A DNA stretch of 36,873 nucleotides, from positions 1 through 36,873 of the forward strand of contig CBFDTI010000004.1 of NCBI GenBank assembly GCA_965612795.1, read 5' to 3'. Under the pieces are notes generated by a model. The model did not search any database. It was not told the DNA's origin and was given only the letters and a program-made list of their open reading frames with translations. Of the stretch, positions 34,753 through 36,873 are shown in pieces. Made by a program: the position numbers and the translations under genes. The DNA is from an uncultured bacterium. GTDB taxonomy: Bacteria; Hydrothermota; UBA3073; NMUJ01. Positions within the stretch are counted from its first letter, which is position 1. Each line of letters starts with the position of its first letter.

Positions 34753-36873
34753 ATGCGTGTTTTAGTGCTTACAGGTATAGGCTGGATGGTAAGCTTAGCT
34801 TTTGTGACAACATACGGGCAGGAGGTACCACCGATATATGTGTCGATTGTGTCACATAACGAGGAGCCACGGCCTGGTGGGTCGTTTCCAGACTTTACAG
34901 AAGATGAAGATACGTTCTGGGTACACCGTAATGCAGTAGTACGGTTTGCCAAGATGTTACATGAAAAGGGTGTGAAGTACAATTTTCAATCGGAATGGAA
35001 CTTCCTATTGGCAGCGACGATGTTTGATACCGGTACAGCGAGTACGAATGGTAAGAACTTTCTCAAGTATCTGGTTGAGGATCTTGGGTTTGAAGCTGAT
35101 CCACACGCACACGAGACTGAATACAACTACGCAGATGTTGCATATCTCATGTCACAGCTGTTGGAGGGTGAACCATCACATACGGTTGGTGGCTATATCG
35201 CATACCCACCGGAGCAATCGAAGATCGAGTACTTCAGGGATACACTCTACGGATGGCATTACGACTATGCGTGGAAGGCTGAGATATTGTGGGGTGGTGC
35301 CACACCCGGTCATGAAGACGAAGATAGCCTGTATGCGGCTGGTATATGGAAGCCTAAGGATAACGGGAATTATCTTGTGCATGACGAGTATGCACCGTTG
35401 CCGGAAGTAGGGCGCTACTTGCCAAACTGGACAGGCCTGTATGATCTGCTTGCCAAACAGGAAGCGGGTGAGTTACGGCCAGGTAGAATTTATACAATAA
35501 CAATATTTGTGAGCCAAAACTTCATGCTGGATACTAATTTTGTGGCGATGTTTAGCAGTAAGATCGATGAGCTACAGCCGCTTGTGGATTCAGGTAGGAT
35601 AGTGTGGGTGGGGTTGGCTGAGGTGGTGGATATTTGGCGTACACAATATGAGGCAAGGCCTAACATCTACTCGTGGTTGGCTGGTGATATAACACAACCT
35701 ATACGTGATACGTTGTGGCTGGAGATGGATGATGGGGTGCACCTTGATGCCACACTGTTTAGGCCGGTCGACCCTACACCAGAGGGTGGGTTTCCTGCCA
35801 TCATATTTGTACATGGGCTGGGTGGGTCGAAACTTCAGATGGAGCCACGTGCTGAATATTATGCACGTAGGGGGTATGTGACACTCGCATATTCGGTACG
35901 TGGGCAGGGACGATCGGAGGGATTATCGACAATATTTTCGTATCGTGAGCAACAAGACCTCGATAGTATCATAGGGTGGTTGGCAAGCCTACCGTATGTT
36001 AATGATACACTGATTGGTGTGAGTGGTGCATCACAGGGTGGGTACCACTCGTGGTTGGCAGCTGTACGACATATGGGAGTACGTGCGGTTGCACCTGAGA
36101 ACAGTACACCTAAGGTGACAGATGCAATGGCACGATATGGATGCTATGAGCTACCTGTGACATCGGGTATGGACTGGCTACCCAACATACGGGTAGATAC
36201 GATAGCGTATCCGATAAAGCGATGGTTATTGGCGGATAATTACGATTCAGTGCGTGCAATCATTGGACGTGGACGTGAATTTGACTCCACTGATGTGGCA
36301 AATTCAGATGCACATTACTTGATGATGGGTGCATGGCATGACCACATATTCTGGCATAACCGCGTACCGGGGGCGTTTGCGGTGGCACCTTATCACCCAA
36401 TAATGTACCTGGGGACAGGTGGGCATGGATCGGAAGTTTCGCCACAGGAGCAAACTTTTCGTGACAGGTTGCGTGAGATGTTCTTTGATGAGAAGCTCAA
36501 AGGTGAATACCATGGGTTGGATACGATCAAACCCGTAATTGTGGCGATTGGCCCTAACTGGGAGCATATGGAATTTGATGAGTGGCCACCTGAGGGGGTT
36601 ACAACCGTCACATATTATATGCATGCTGATGGTACGTTAAGTGACGAGCTACCGGAGGTGGGTGATTCGTCGTATCATATACAACATCAGCGTATCGATC
36701 CTATGTATACTTGGGAGGTGGCAGTTAACGATCACTTCAGGCATGCAACACAGGCGTTCATACAATGTAGGCGTACGTGGAGGACGGCACCATTTACGGA
36801 TACGATCATAATACTGGGTATACCGACTGCTACAGTGTATGCGAAGTCTACAGCCAGTAAGATGCAGATCAAC
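34753..36873 (+). CDS. Secreted fusion of a NodB-like barrel and a CocE/NonD (peptidase S15) alpha/beta hydrolase (partial, runs off the right end; not in the ORF track)
   Basis: Manual translation, open for 707 codons: signal MRVLVLTGIGWMVSLAFVTTYG|Q, VSHNEE, EADPHAHE, then MDDGVHLDATLFRP, FVHGLGG, YSVRGQGRSEG, nucleophile GASQGG (Ser 36031), AWHD, GGHG, WPP..YYMH. Confidence 0.85.
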   Translation, partial: MRVLVLTGIGWMVSLAFVTTYGQEVPPIYVSIVSHNEEPRPGGSFPDFTEDEDTFWVHRNAVVRFAKMLHEKGVKYNFQSEWNFLLAATMFDTGTASTNGKNFLKYLVEDLGFEADPHAHETEYNYADVAYLMSQLLEGEPSHTVGGYIAYPPEQSKIEYFRDTLYGWHYDYAWKAEILWGGATPGHEDEDSLYAAGIWKPKDNGNYLVHDEYAPLPEVGRYLPNWTGLYDLLAKQEAGELRPGRIYTITIFVSQNFMLDTNFVAMFSSKIDELQPLVDSGRIVWVGLAEVVDIWRTQYEARPNIYSWLAGDITQPIRDTLWLEMDDGVHLDATLFRPVDPTPEGGFPAIIFVHGLGGSKLQMEPRAEYYARRGYVTLAYSVRGQGRSEGLSTIFSYREQQDLDSIIGWLASLPYVNDTLIGVSGASQGGYHSWLAAVRHMGVRAVAPENSTPKVTDAMARYGCYELPVTSGMDWLPNIRVDTIAYPIKRWLLADNYDSVRAIIGRGREFDSTDVANSDAHYLMMGAWHDHIFWHNRVPGAFAVAPYHPIMYLGTGGHGSEVSPQEQTFRDRLREMFFDEKLKGEYHGLDTIKPVIVAIGPNWEHMEFDEWPPEGVTTVTYYMHADGTLSDELPEVGDSSYHIQHQRIDPMYTWEVAVNDHFRHATQAFIQCRRTWRTAPFTDTIIILGIPTATVYAKSTASKMQIN

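Noticed and set aside
652..36624. Numerous short antisense or overlapping ORFs in the track (e.g. 9155-9649, 12782-13312, 23708-24139, 34425-34982)
   Set aside because: They are shadows of well-supported genes and show no recognisable motifs.

Overview
Gene-dense bacterial chromosome segment. Three PorV/PorQ-family barrels, type IX secretion (T9SS)-type C-terminal sorting domains and TonB-dependent receptor operons suggest a diderm of the FCB superphylum outside Bacteroidota, possibly WOR-3-like; this taxonomy is inference. Left end (minus strand): a translationally coupled operon of TonB-dependent receptor, PorV-like barrel, NHL lipoprotein, FN3/T9SS-CTD protein and a lipoprotein running off the window. 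Divergent from it: a Gly/Asp-repeat + HEAT protein, then ispD, porV, truB, ribF, DUF4190, a porV-like gene, yjbQ, cobB, uvrC, uvrD/pcrA and a btuF-like gene. A small AT-richer insert carries a DraG-family ADP-ribosylglycohydrolase plus remnants of an MNT-HEPN toxin-antitoxin pair. A minus-strand operon follows (lipoprotein, gyaR-like, asnS, purQ, ispF, O-antigen-ligase family, LOG family, acyP), then VanZ, a DUF4382 lipoprotein and a HAD/GH65 pair preceded by a Cys-motif sORF. Right end: two tandem secreted proteins with related NodB-like barrels, the second fused to a CocE/S15 hydrolase and absent from the ORF track. Window-wide signals seen by eye: a recurring TTGACn-N15-TAnnTT(TA) promoter architecture, enrichment of D-(S/T)-hydrophobic O-glycosylation sequons in exported proteins, Gln at predicted mature N-termini, and ultra-short signal peptides. 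No rRNA, tRNA, CRISPR array or intact mobile element was recognised. All family assignments are from motif recognition, not database searches.
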